Both the position numbers and the translations under genes were made by a program. Shown here piece by piece: positions 23,580 through 39,101 of a DNA stretch of 64,000 nucleotides. Numbering within the stretch: position 1 is the first letter of the stretch; each line of letters starts with the position of its first letter. Source of the DNA: Paramecium tetraurelia (taxonomy: Eukaryota); contig CT867989.1 of assembly GCA_000165425.1 (NCBI GenBank), forward strand, positions 62,001-126,000. The letters run 5' to 3'. Under the pieces are notes generated by a model. The model searched no databases. It saw only the letters and a list, made by a program, of their open reading frames with translations, and was not told where the DNA came from.

Positions 23580-24441
23580 AAAAGTAGAAACCTTTTAATC
23601 TTCCTTTTCTTTCCTAACTAATAAGTTATCGTTTATGCAAAGTATAGATGCAATAAAATAATCTTCCAAATTCGGTATCGAATTGTTACATATGGAAATA
23701 ATCAATAAATAAAATTATTTAACTATTTTGGACTTTTTCTTATTTTATGAATCGATCAAATGATAATTTATAATTCTCGCAGCTTTAATCACACAAATAA
23801 GAGATACAATAACATAAAATCCATACACAAAGCAAAGACTATTGAGTCAAAGAGATTTAATTATTTGAATTACAAGATATATCAATATAAACCTAAATGA
23901 TTATAACAGAATTATTTCCTAAATCAAACTTACAAGTGTTCTTTGTAACATTGTTAGTAAAATAAATAAAGCCAAAGAATTGAAATCTATTTATGACAAT
24001 AATTAATGTTTGCTTTTCTAAAAGACAAAATGAAAATATCAAATTTGAGATAGAATGTAGAGATGAACTATTTGAACCATAATACCTGGATGATCATAAC
24101 AATTTTTAATGGAAAAGAAGAGAGTTATTACATTAGAATTTTTTGATTTTTGAGGTTTAACTTGAATTTTAGTAATCGGATTTTATAAATATTAAGTGTT
24201 TTAATTTTACTAATTTTGGAGTAGATATGTATGTTGGGTTTAGTTGATATATCTTGATATTTTGAATATACAGTTTAAAAAATTGAGTTGAGATAAGGAA
24301 ATCAAATAGGTAGGTAGTTTTTTTGAGATAAGAGGATATCTTTAAATTGGCAATTTATTTAAGAGTGTGGGAGAAGTTTAAAGATGTGTTGAGAAAGAGT
24401 TGCTTAAAATTGTGAATAATGAGTACTAGAAATTTATAATA

Positions 24442-25959
<1,518 letters not shown>

Positions 25960-26184
25960 TTGGTTTTTTAAAATAATATATATGATGTATTTCAATGAAA
26001 TTCCACAAGATATTTCATATTTCTAAGGAGTTTAGAGTATTTTGTGCTATACTTAACAAAATTTAATTTAATTGATTGAATTAGTAATAAACCCTGATTT
26101 ATTTATAATATCATAAGAATATCTAGACAATTATCATTTGAATCTAACTAAATTTAGAATTTATTATTATAATTAATTTGATCG

Positions 26185-27075
26185 ATGGATTAAAAAGATT
26201 TCAAGATCGAGACTTTAAGCGAATAATTCACAAAGAAATTTCAAGTGACTCTTACATTAAGGGAACCAATCAATCATGACTCCTATTTGTTCAGATTCGA
26301 TTTCAAAAATCCAAAAGAGAGATTAGGAATGCAAGCTATCCAGCACATCAAAATCTCGTAAAATATCATTTTATATTGAGTGGCTTTAATATGAAAGGTG
26401 ACGCAGTTGAAAGAGCTTACACACATGTGTTTGAATAAGATGGATATTTTTAGATACCTATCAAAATATATAGGCCAAATGTACATCCTCAATTTCCAAA
26501 TGGAGGAGAATTGACTCCATGGCTAGAAAAATTAAATGTAGTATATGGGATTTATTGATAGCTAAATTCAGAATTGACGATTAAAAGGTGCTTAGGAAAA
26601 CTATTTTATCATAATAATCAATTTATTGTTAGGCCAAAATTGAATAATACTTGGTCATAATTTGATACCGTGCTATTTATTTGCGGAGGGAGTGGTATCA
26701 CTCCAGCATATTAATTAATCCAATCGATATGCAATAATCCAAATGATAACACTAAAATGGTCATTTTGTATGCGAATAAAACTGAATAAGATATCTGGTT
26801 ATAAAAAGAATTAAATCAATTCTAATCTAAGCACAAGGATCAATTTACAGTCCATTTCACTGTAGACAAAGTAATTATATACAATACACTTTAAGTTTGA
26901 TGAGAATTGGAAAGGTCTGAAAGGTCATGTGAATTTCGAAATGATGGCTTCAACATTTCCAAAACCAACTGAAACTACATTAGGTGTATTATGCGGACCT
27001 AAAACCATGAACAAGTTAGTCATATAACTCTATGAATAATTCGGAGTAAAGAAAGATAATATAGTAAAATTTTGA
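26185..27075 (+). CDS. NADH-cytochrome b5 reductase-like flavoprotein (no N-terminal anchor)
   Basis: INHDSYLFRF, ERAYT, IKIYRPNVHPQFPNGG, ICGGSGITP, LYANKTEQDI, LCGPKTM. Confidence 0.9.
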
Positions 27076-27241
27076 GTAGGATATAGTATTATAAACTTTT
27101 AACAGTTTTTTCTACATTTACTTCAACACTCTAATCATCACATATCTTATACCCTTTAGATTATATTACATTTTACAATTTCAATACTAAATTAAGTAAA
27201 TCATAAAAATAAAGACATTGGAAATTTGAATATAAATATAA

Positions 27242-28271
27242 TCATTTATTTGTTTAGCATTTAATGGCTTTTTCAATTCTGTCTTTCAGATTTAAATCAA
27301 TTAGACTATTCACCTATTTGTTTTAGCATATCTATTTCAATCTTTGATTCAATCTAATCATCTCTTCTTCCTCTGAAATTCGTTTTCTAAATAAATTGGT
27401 CATTGATACTTATGTTAATCTATTTTCTCTTTGATCAACAGTTGTTATTGTTATTTATACTCAGCTATTCTTTGATGACTTTCGTGCTTTGCATCTTATT
27501 TTTTTATCTACACATCTATTTTGGACTTAAATTTTTCATTCATCTTAGCTTACTCTTTTTGTTTCTCCATTTCCTTAGTTTCTTGATTATATTTGACCTT
27601 CTAAAAATTGATTTCATTAATCTCATGCAGTCTTTTAACCTAGTCATCAATCATCTTTATTTATAAATATCGTATTTGATACTTTTTTCTTTCTCTCAGT
27701 TCTATCTTCAGTATTTGATCTAAAGGTTGGTTGTTTTATTTTTAATAAATTGCTAGTAGATTTTATTTTGGGAACATCTTTTATTTCCTTTTTGAAATGT
27801 GTTTGAGATTTTGATAGCCAATCTTCTTCATTCCAATTCAATCGTCTCATTTCTTCATCTTAAATAAAATAGGCTGGATCTTCTCCAATCTAATAAATTA
27901 GATTAAATGAGCTACTTCCAATAATTCCTAATGGGTTAATTGTGCCTTCAGTTTTTATTGCATTTCCAAAGGAGTTGGAATGTTGATATTCATTCTTTAG
28001 CAATGGTGTTTTTCTTCTTAAGTAAATTTCATAGGAGGATGAATAGGCAATAGTTATATGAAATTTTGATCTTCTAAATCAAATTCAGTCTTCCTAGTTT
28101 CAATTTCTGATTATAATCTCTCAATTTTTAAGAATTTGTGGCAATAATTCTAAAACTAACTGTTCAATATCTTTACGATCTTTGATCTCAATATACGTTT
28201 CTATAACCTTATAATGTGATTGAACTGTACTTTTCATTAATTGAAACCGAAGGAAATTTTGTATTAGACAT
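27242..28271 (-). CDS. Hypothetical coiled-coil protein
   Basis: MSNTKFPSVSINEKY...EIGEDPAYFIQDEEMRRLNW...IEKAIKCQTNK-TGA with three small introns. Confidence 0.65.
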
Positions 28272-29007
28272 ATTTTTTTAATAATAAATTTAATAAATAG
28301 AATTCTTCATGTAAATAAGCATACATATTTTAATTTAAGTAAGTGCTTTTTGAAAACAATTTGTTTTTTGTCTGAAATGTTATTTTTTATGGTTAATTTT
28401 TAGATTCTTTAGAATTGGTATAAGCGAAGTCAAATATAGTAAGAAATTTATCATGGAAGGTATTCTCGCTGTTACCTTAAAACTAGATACTGGAATTTAA
28501 TTGTCTTAACTTCATACATTAATGGTAAGATTATTTTGGCAAAACTGGATTGAACTGCAAATTTTGATATTTATATCTTAATAATTTAATGGTATTTCCC
28601 CCAATTGAATTATATTCCCTTAAATTTTATTTATATGCCGATATCTATTAGACATAATACAGTATTTAAATAGAATATCCTTCATTAAAATGGATAATTA
28701 AAGAATTACTTTGTTAATTTCAATACTATAATGTACACTAAATGTATTATCAAGTTATTAATTAATAATTAATTTCCCATCTAAATAAGTCTGAAGATAT
28801 TCATTATATAAATATCTTCAAACTTATTTTCATATAAAAAGATATAACATTCTATTTTAACCACAATGATATCACTTTTATACTGTTATATTAATTGGAA
28901 ATGATTATTAGAAACAAATTATAAGAAAAACTTAATTATTTAAACAAAATCTTTGCTTTTTAATCATTAATTTATTTACTTTTAAAATCTCTTCTTTACA
29001 AAAAGAA

Positions 29008-30918
29008 ATGAATAAATTTATTCAAGATAAAAACTACCAATCATCATAACTTGAAGAAATTACATCATTAATATATAAAATAACAGACAGACAGTCCAAA
29101 TTTGCAGACCTTCATAATTAAGTTGAGGAGAGCATCTAGAAAATTATAAATGTGAGTTAGAATTAATTTGAAAAAGTGATGAAAAAAAAACATAAAGAAG
29201 ATCGACAACTTGCATAGGAACATGATGAAAGAATATCAATAATTCAATAGGAATACCTGATTTCTTAAAATAGCTTAATTTAATAGATATGTTAAAGGAA
29301 ATCAGAATATTTATAGATTCTAGAATCTTTGTATTACGAATATTCACAGTTTATATCATTTTTTGATCATGATGAACAGGCTGAAAATAATAATTATATT
29401 TTGATCATCTATGAAATATTAACAGATAGTTAAGTATTTAATGACGATTAAAGATTGAACGATACTCTATTAACCGAGTATATAAGTCAAAATAAAGTGA
29501 ATAAAATACAATCTCTTCATGCTTCTCTTAAATTGACAATTTCTTAATTACAAAAAATAGAAGAAAACTTTAAATTTTCAAAAAACAATAGCAAAAAAGA
29601 ATAATATTTCCATTCTCTTAATTAAAGATTGAATTCATTCATTGAAAATCTAAAATATGGTTAAAGCAAGTTGGATATACTTTTACAAGAAATGCAAGAA
29701 TGCAATGGAGCTCAAAAAGAATAAGATGCAAGAATTTAAGCTAATCTCAGTCTCATCAATTAAATATTGAAGAGCCACTAAGATAAAAAAATGGCTGAAT
29801 ATGATGATTTCAAAAAATCAAATGAAAATCTCATTAAAATCATCAATCGACTCTCAGAAATTAATTACAAACTTAAATTATAGCAAAAACAGAATTATGA
29901 AGATGTTTCATAATTGATGGAATTGTACTACATTCAAAGTGATAAAGCACCATCTCTCCAACCATTATAGAGAAAAAGCACAATTAAAATAATTAAACCC
30001 ATATCTTATCAAAGATCAAGAATTTACTCAGAGGCAAAAAAGGAAGTTCATTTTGATTTATCATCTCGAACTTCAATAAAAGAGACGAATCTTGAATCAC
30101 AAATTCTTTATCAATCTCCACTTATAATTCAACCTTCATTGATCACTTAACCTACAATATCCGATGTATCTCTCTTTACTTCTGGATAGAGTCTCAACAA
30201 ATTGAAAACACAGAAACATTCTGATAGACAATGGACTTCAAAATATCCAATTAATGTGGATAAAAAGACTGCCATCCCAATTAAATGCCAATGTCCACCC
30301 TAATGTTCATGTCAAGCTTTATTAATTATTTAGGTTCATTCATGCAATAAACAACTTTATATCAACTCAATAGGTTAGCTTCTATGCTAATAATGTTTTT
30401 TCACTTAAAACATCTAGGATTATAATTTCTATTGTCCTCACACAAGAACAAAAAATAAATTCAAAAGTAGTAAGGATTTCTTAGAAGCCTTTTGGTAACA
30501 CATAAAGACATTAACAATGAATCAATAGATTGTCGATTTTTGGAATAATTTATAATTAAGTTGCTAATAGATGTTTTAGATGAATCCTTTTTCTCATTCC
30601 GACAATCAAAATCAAATCAATTTTATTGGATTCTGTCCAGCTTAATGCAAATGCAATCACAACTAGAGTAGATAATAATATCACTTATGCTAAAACTAAC
30701 TTTATATTTCATATGATGGACTTATTCATTGTAAAAAGTGTAATTTTTACGGGGATCCAAAATAACATTTTTACTATTGTCCAGAAACGACAACTTTCAA
30801 TATTTACAGAAGTGGGGAAGAGTTTATATAGTCTTTGGATGTTATCTCTGATGCCAGAAGTTAACAATAGTTTCTTAGATAACTAAGATTAAACATTCCT
30901 TCTGTTTTGTGGGAATGA
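29008..30918 (+). CDS. Coiled-coil protein with two C-terminal Cys/His-rich (zinc-binding-like) domains
   Basis: Intronless 636-aa frame; CPPQCSC...HSC...CQQC...CPH and CPAQCKC...HLC...CKKC...CPE. Confidence 0.75.
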
Positions 30919-31265
30919 GAATATATGAAAGACTTGATTAAATGTAGAATCACAATTATTATTATATTAGTATTTAATTAGTTTTTAATATAATGTTTCT
31001 ATAATAAAATTAATTCTTTAATGTAATCCATTATTTTTGAGTGCAGTTAATTTTAGTTAAATAGATTGACTTTCTAAATATTCACTTTTTATTATTAATT
31101 TTAGCCATGCATTTTGGATCCTCGAAATTTATGTCTTTATGTATGAGGTTCATGAATAACAAAATTTGGATCCTTGAATGGGATTAATTATGCTTCTTTT
31201 CACAAAGAATGTAGGAAAATAAATGTTAAATATTTTGGGATAAATAAATAATCATAATTCTGTTG

Positions 31266-32561
31266 TCATTTATCCTTTAGAAATTATTACAATGTTTGAG
31301 GATTGGAGCTTCCTTGAATTTGTTGAAAATTTTGTTTGACCTGTTGAATTTAATTATTTTAACCACTATTAACCATTTGGGGAGCCAAAAATTTGGTTAC
31401 ACAGGTGTTCTGATTTGGTTAATTCCGTTCTGACAATTATCCTTGTTATTTGACCCAATTATTATTATTTGGAAAATTTGGTGCCTTAGTAACAGTCTGT
31501 GAATGCCTATCTGTGTGTATAATTTATGGGTTAAATTTCGGTTGTTGATTTTATGTAGGAATGCATTAAGATTAAGATAAAGGACTCTAGTATGACAATT
31601 AATTCTAATCCTATTCTTGTTTGAATTAACAATTTGGTAATCCAACTTGCTACATAATTTTTTTTTCAATTTCGTCGTATAATTATTTCCATGTTTTTCT
31701 ATTATTTGGATTATAAACAAGTAGATTATTCAAAATGTCTTCTAGAAATTTGTCAGTGTTTTCTAAACTAGGATTTGAATTATCTTTATTATTTTACATT
31801 TACTAGAAATTCTTAAACCACAATACAAACTCGTTTTTTTCTAAACACTAAACTAATTACCTTTTTAATCCTTCATTTAAACTCTATTTTATAATGATTT
31901 CCAAGAGTACTAAGCCAAACTTTAAATATATATCTTGATTACTGAAAAAGCATCAGCTGCATAACTATAATTCGAATCTGTAATTTCTGGTGCTTTATAA
32001 CATCGAGTTCCTTGCTACCCATTTGTTTAAATTCTATCAATTTTAACCAACCCAAAGTCACAAATCTTAATAATAAGTTATATATTTTACTTTGTAAATC
32101 ACTCTATTTTACCTCAAATCTAAATTTACTAATATATTTTCAGGTTTTAAATCTCTATGAATAATTTCTTAATCTTATAAAGCTATGTACCCATTAGAGA
32201 TTTAAGAAATAAAGTCCAGGATTTCATTGAGATTTAATTTATTTGATTTTTTATTTATGTATTTTTAAAAATCCATTTCACAAAATTCTTAAATAACATA
32301 AATTTCAGTCTTATTTTACAACACTTTATAGACTCTTAATATATTCTAATGAAATATTGTAGACATTTTTTCATGGTTTGTAATTTACTTCTGTCTTTCT
32401 GTTTCATCTTTAATTTCAATTTTTTTAGCGCAACAATTCTAATTTGTATCATAATTATATGCGTAGTAAATTCCATCTGCACCAGGAACCTACTTATCAT
32501 AAACAATGTAAGGTCCTTATTAAATTTTTATTTAATAGAGTTGACAAAATTTCGAGTTCAT
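31266..32561 (-). CDS. Ser/Thr protein kinase (ULK/CAMK-like) with Q/N-rich tail
   Basis: CCAKKI, IIHRDLKPENILV, ICDFGLVK, GTRCYKAPE, AADAFS. Confidence 0.85.
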
Positions 32562-33740
32562 TTATAAAATGATTGATTTTCTATAAAGGTAATAAATTTA
32601 TTTAATAATAATTTCAAAACTGATTTTTTTTCCTTTTTCAGAAATGCATTGTGCTAGCCACTTTAAAAAATTATAAATGTAAATTTATTTCTTTCTTAAG
32701 TTCATATAATCAATTCCACTATTTTTAACAATTATATTATATTCTTAGTTTATTTCCTAATCTCTGAATATTATAATAAAGTATTTCTAATCTTTGATAT
32801 TTTATGTAATTAATACTCTCTACAACTATTCTTCCACACTTCTAAGTTTTAGCTCTTTAATATTTTTGTTCACTAGGATAGACTAATTTTATATGTTCAA
32901 TGAAGAATTTATTTATTTATTATATTAAAATTTTAAATCCACTTGTTAAATAAGATTCTCCAATATAATATTTATTTTTCTTGCAATCTTTACAGCAAAT
33001 TTCTATTAATTATGTAGTGATATTGGGCGTCTTCTGAATAATTTGTCATAATTAAATTTAAGTCTCTAAGATGGTAGAATTCTATAAGATTTCTCGTAAG
33101 ATAAAAACATAGTGAGGTTGAGAATCAATATCTCATAATAAATTAATAATAAATTTGGAATAATTTATCTAATCTTATGGATAAATTCTTATTTTTGAAT
33201 AACTAACAAAATTATTCTCTTACATAAGTTAACCAAAATATTTTGAAACTATTTTGCAAGGCTTCTTGTTATGTATAATATCTTCAATTCAATTCGTGTA
33301 GAATAAGCTTTTTTCAAGTTTATATTATTATATCATTAAAACCATAAATTAATACATCATAAACAAAATAGAAATAGTTCTTTTGATAATAATTTTATTT
33401 AATGTTCTAATATAATGATTGAAATAAATGCGATCACTATGACAATACTTTTTTAAGTAAAATATTCTTAATCTTAATAATATATTTTCTTTAATTAAAT
33501 TTAATTTTTAGACTGAATTTAACATCTGAAATTTTCTATACCATTTTTATTATCTAAAGTAATTAAAACCTGTTTTTAGGTAAATCTCAGAATAATAGGT
33601 TTTCTACTTCAAAAAGTGTAAGGTTACCATAGATTTTTAGCCTTTAGAGCAGAAAAACCGACATTAATTATTTAAAAAGTATGATGAGTGTGATTTAATT
33701 TCATTAATTCTTATAATTTTTTTAACAAAGAGCAATCAAT

Positions 33741-34210
33741 ATGAAGGAACAAGCTTAAAGGCAAACTAGATTTTAATCCAAGGCTGAATCATGTGGAATA
33801 TGCTATAATGCGATTGAGAATTAAGTAAAAGATGTTTGAAGGTTTAGGGAGTTCTGGATAGCTGCAATCACTCATTTTGTTCAGATTGCATTAAAAAATG
33901 GTCAAATGTATATAACCTTATTAATTTTAGATTGAAAACACATGTCCTCTATGCAAATAGAAATTCACCTAAATTGAATCCAAGTGGAAGAGAGTATATT
34001 TTGAAATTAATTCAGGTTCATTACAAAAGCCATAAGATATCAAAGCGAAAATGTAAATAAAACAAGTATTTGCCATAATATTGTAGGATTTATGTTAAAG
34101 ATAAAAGTTAGTCACAAAAGGAAGATCAGTTTAATGTTTTACTTGAAATCCTCATAGAGTTCATTCTTGCTGATAGTATAATTATACTTAACTAATTAGT
34201 AAATGATTGA
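33741..34210 (+). CDS. Small RING-HC finger protein
   Basis: CGICYNAIENQGVLDSCNHSFCSDCIKKWSNIENTCPLCKQKF after removing small introns. Confidence 0.88.
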
Positions 34211-34261
34211 AGATGATTAAAACCTTTAAATTTTGTATATTATATATATCTTTATTTAACA

Positions 34262-35713
34262 TCATACTGGATAATCATCATCAGCTTCAGGATCAATTAT
34301 TTTGGCACTCTCTCCTTTCATAATGTGGTTGATGACACTTTAATTGTTGGCTATTTTTTCTTCATAAGATTTCTTAAAATCGGGGTAATGATATAATAGT
34401 ATCTCCTCATATATCATATCTATTTGTATATTATTGAAATCTACCTTTAAGTTACTCATTTGTAAATTCATACATTTCAAATTCGAATTCCATATTGGAA
34501 ACAGGAACTCTAGTGGGCTAAATCAGTTACTTTAACAGTGTACCTCATCACTTGGGTTGTGGAGCTCCTTCAAATAGGGGTGTTTAAGAGCTTCAGCTGC
34601 TGTGATTCTCTTTTTATAATCAATTTCTAAAAGCTTCTCTAATAAATCATATCCTTCGGGTGGTAATCCTTTCACCACTCTATCCCATGGTACTTTCTCT
34701 AAAGTTCCCAATTCTTAAATAAGTTCAACTAGTTTTTGTGATACAAATGTATCTTGAACTTACATTATTTTAGTCTTAGATGGTGTTCCAATGGTTTCAA
34801 ATATCATTTTGATTTATTGCTTTGCTAGTGATATGAATCAAAAAGAGTTTACAATTCTAGCCTCTCCACAGTGTTTTTCCTCTAACAATTTCTGCAAAAA
34901 TACATCCAACACTCCAAATATCAACTGCTTAAGTGTAGGTTTTAAGACCCAACAATAATTCAGGTGCTCTATAATACCTTGTTTCAACATAATCTGTCAT
35001 GATATTAGGATTTTATTATTGTGTTTTTGTAGTCTATAGCAATGCTCTGGACAATCCAAAATCGCAGACCTTCAACATACAATCTTATTTATTTAACAAT
35101 AGATTTGTTGGTTTCTAATTTTTAAGTCTCATTATTATACCAAATCTCGATGTAAAATATTTGCAGAATGCATATATTTAAGTGCTCTAAGAATCTGGTA
35201 TAAAAAGAGTTTAAAATGATCCTAATTCAATTTGGCATGTTCTTTATCAATAACACGCTTCAAATCTGTGTCTAATAGTTCTGTAACACAATATCTACAT
35301 TGATTTAAGATCTATATTCTTACATATCATAAAAATTCTTCCTGGATTTCGGAAGTTATATTGTAATAAGATTAACTATCTAAAATGTTTGTTTTGATGC
35401 TTACATTTTCATGTTTTAAATTTCTTAAGATTTTTAACTCTCGAAGAGTTCTTTTAGCATAAAATCGATGTTCGAAAGTTCTCTCTATTTTTTTGATTGC
35501 TACCATTTTTTATTCTGGTATTGTAGCCTTTGTATCTTCACAACCAATAACAATACCGTATGCCCCGCTTCCCACTGGAAAATTAATAATTAATTTACAT
35601 TATTATGTTGGCTTGTATCTCTTCTCAATAATAAATTCTGATTCATCAACTTTGAAAACATTGGCAGAATATGCCTTCTATGCATATTGATCGTAATTAT
35701 AATTTGAATCCAT
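34262..35713 (-). CDS. Mitogen-activated protein kinase, TDY activation loop
   Basis: [83 protein letters not shown]. Confidence 0.95.
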
Positions 35714-36529
35714 GAATTAATTTATTAATATAATAAAATATATCTCAATCTCATAACTCTAATTGGAAATCCAACCTAAATCTATCACTGCCATCACTTA
35801 TTTCTTTCTTTTTACATTTACCATTTTCAATTACCTATTCTATAAATTTATTCTCTTAAATTCTAATAATTAATATATTTTAATTTTTATATGAGCTAAT
35901 TAGCATCTAATTTCAATCCACCTTTTTTGATGAAATTGTAAATTAAAATTGTAAAATAGCATTTTGAAATTCAATTAATAAAATTTAGTTTCACTTACTT
36001 ATAGTTTATTGTGTTTATTTCACCTATTTAGATTTCTATGTTTATCAAAATAATAGAATTTTACAACCATTTATTTTTATTTATTCAAAACAACCTGTAA
36101 TCATTAAAGTTATGCTCAATATAGTTTCTAATTTCAATAATTCTATTGCATATTTGGCTATTCTTACCATTCTCACTTTTAAATCTGGTCAAGCAGAGAA
36201 TTTTCTAAGAATCTTTCAAGCATTCTATTAATATTTATTGCTCTCAAAAATTATTTTATTTATTCACATCTTTATGTTTTAGTTATTAGAATATTTATTT
36301 TATTACGTTTTAATCAGCTTAACAATATCTACTACATTATTTAATTCTGCAATAATCTTTTATGATTACAATGACACCCCGCCTCATTTATTTTTTATTC
36401 TATTCAGTTTTTTACAATTGTGTGTTTTAATAAGATAAATGAGCACTTACAGATTTTCAGTCTGTAGAGGATTAATCATAGTATAAGTCTTTAAAATGAA
36501 AATTAATAAGAAAATTTATATTATAATAA

Positions 36530-39054
36530 ATGCAAAGTAATTGTATTTTGAAGCCACTCTAATTGTAACCTTAGGTAAATGTAAATTTAATATTTTAGAA
36601 ACCTCTTAAACCATTGGCTGGAATGCAATAAAATTTAAATGAGCATTTGAATAACATCTAGAACATAATCCCTTATCAATTTGTTGATAAAAACAGTCCA
36701 CATATCACTATTTGTAAGTTAAATGAATGAATTTAAGCTGGATTGACTCCAAAGATAACAGAGTAATCTCTAAGGATAGTATGTGCAGAGTACGGAAATG
36801 TTGTGAGAATCTAATTACGAGCATACTATAAGGACGCTTAGGCTTAGATAGTAGCTAATGTTACATATGAAAATGCATAATCAGCATAGTATGCTTATAT
36901 GGAGTTATAGAAGAAGGTGGAAAATGGATTTCATTTTCAACTTTAGTACACTTTTTAATTTAGTATAGCTATGGAGGTCCATGTTATCAAAACACATCTA
37001 AAATAGTGAAAATAAAGTTACCAAATCCATAGATAAGAGGGACAATTGATAAATTGGCTAGATAGGTAATTAAGGAAGGAGTGCAATTTGAGTAGACGAT
37101 AAAGTAGAGAGAGATTAATAATAATAAATATGCATTTTTATTTTTGGTATGTGTTTAATGATTATGTTAGTAATCTGAAGAGAATGAGTATTATAAATGG
37201 AGGGTCTATTCATTTCAGAATGGAGATGATGAAAAATAGTGGAAGTAAGAGCCTTATTATTTCAATTTAAATGAATGCATTTACATTCCACCTTCAATAG
37301 AAGTAGAGGAGCCACCTTCATTTGCCAAGAAGGAATTGGAAAAAGCTTAAAGTAAATGTAATTTTATGATTACAGTCACAACCAAAAACAAGAAAATGCA
37401 ATATTAAGTGTTAGAAGATTAGGATAGATTTACATTTAGTCAAATGTTGAGGGAATTGAATACACAGAAGTAATGAAATAAAGTTGACATTAGACACACT
37501 ATAGGGAAGGCAATGGTTTTTTGTATTGACCATTAGGACTGTCCAGCAGATCTGATGTTGATTTTAGAGGAGTCTCTCTTAAATGATTCGACATGGTCAA
37601 TGAAAGTATTTAGTATTTAATAATGTTAGCTTGCTCGTTTGTATTTGATTTCAGATATTTTGAATAACTGCAATCAGAATTTCAAGAGCTATATCTAGTG
37701 GTGTTTGCCTAAGATTTTTAGTAATTTGGATCAGTTGCTGCCTTATAAAGAGAAAGTAATGTGTTGTGTAAGATAAATAAAAGATTTTGAAATTGTTGTA
37801 ATGTTGGAGAGAGTAGAATTTGTTTGACCAAAAGTACTTGAAGGGATTAGAGCTATCCTTTTTGATGAAAGAACAGTCAATCCAAATTGAGAGCATCTCC
37901 TCATAGCTTTATAAAGTCGATGGTTATTTTATTGAAGGAAAAACTCGCTCATGTTGATGATGAGACACTTGATCGTATCTGCCGAATCAAGGGACTGTGT
38001 TCTTAGGGTCCTCGTGATACCCTAATCCAACGTTTAGTTCAGCATAAGTTCTACAACCGAGCCAACCCCGATGTCTCACTTGAACAGGTGTCCAAATTTG
38101 TTCAAGTTTATCGCTACATTGTTGATAAGGTATTTATGATCTATACTATCATCTAATCAAAGGATCAATAAACTATAATTTCATCCTAGAAGTAATCATT
38201 TACCACATAAATTCAAATGCTGCAAGAGTTTCTCAAACTGATACAAAAGAGGTGAATATTATACAATTCTTAGATACAAGAACATCATAAGCAAAGAAGG
38301 AGAGGAAATAGACGCAGTTGACGAAAGAATCTATGAGTTCAATAAACATATTGAAATCTAAAGAGCTGAGCGAAATCTCTATTTAAATATAGATGGCAGA
38401 GATCTTACTGAAGAAGATATCAAAACGATTGAAGATAAAAAGGTTCAAGTTGTAACCAATTATGAACTGACCTATCTACAACCTAAACCTCCTTTGCCTC
38501 CAGTTCCAACCGATCCCATTGAAGTAACACTACCACTTATCTCTTAGATTGAAGTCTAATAATATAGAGATATTCTATTTTAAAGTGGCTTATATGATCC
38601 TTTTAAAATAGAGGAATTCGCTAAGTCAAAAAGAGCCTAATTGATCAAGGCTGATCTATTGAAAAAGGAGAGGGAGAAACAATTACTACTGAAATAACAA
38701 TAAGAACAGAGAGAGAGGGAAAAGGAAAGACAATGGGAGAGAGAAAAAGAGAAAGAGAGAGAGAGGGAACGAGAAAAAGAAAAGGAGCGAGAAAGAGAAA
38801 GAGAGAGAGAAAAAGAAAGATAGAGACATCATAGTAATTTGGTTTAATTCTATAGCCTCCTAGATCGTGTTAATAAAAGAAGCAGTGCCAGTTCTGAATC
38901 AGATAAGAGGAATTAGAGGAAAAGATTTGATACAAAACATGATCAAAAGTATGATCAAAAATATGACTAAAAACATGATTCTAAACATTATAAGAGGAGA
39001 TCCAGATCAAGAAGCAATTCAAGAAAAAAGAAGACTCAAAATAAAAAGAGATGA
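36530..39054 (+). CDS. U2SURP: U2 snRNP-associated SURP-motif protein (SR140): RRM, SURP, CID, SAP-like, RE/RS tail
   Basis: RRM (ANVTYENAQSA), TIDKLARQVIKEGVQFEQ, EYYKWRVYS, IGKAMVFCIDH, LARLYLISDIL, LCSQGPRDTLIQRL, IDG motif, RE and RS repeats. Confidence 0.88.
38709..38822 (+). repeat. Purine-rich coding repeat (RE/KE dipeptides)
   Basis: gagagagagggaaaaggaaaga... run encoding REKERE repeats in U2SURP; a 12-nt K(H/Y)DQ repeat follows near 38935-38982. Confidence 0.8.
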
Positions 39055-39101
39055 GTAAAATAAGTAAAGCATAAAAATATATTTATTCATCAAATTTATT
39101 A

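Noticed and set aside
23590..24133. Hydrophobic minus-strand segments hinting at a GPCR-like membrane protein
   Set aside because: I could not join the frames with plausible introns; possibly a remnant, but unsupported.
32570..33700. Long AT-rich spacer (also 17520-18060, 19450-20250, 35720-36500, 46700-47380, 48610-49440) as transposon or retained IES
   Set aside because: No terminal inverted repeats, transposase motifs or clear TA-bounded IES ends recognised; germline reads would be needed.
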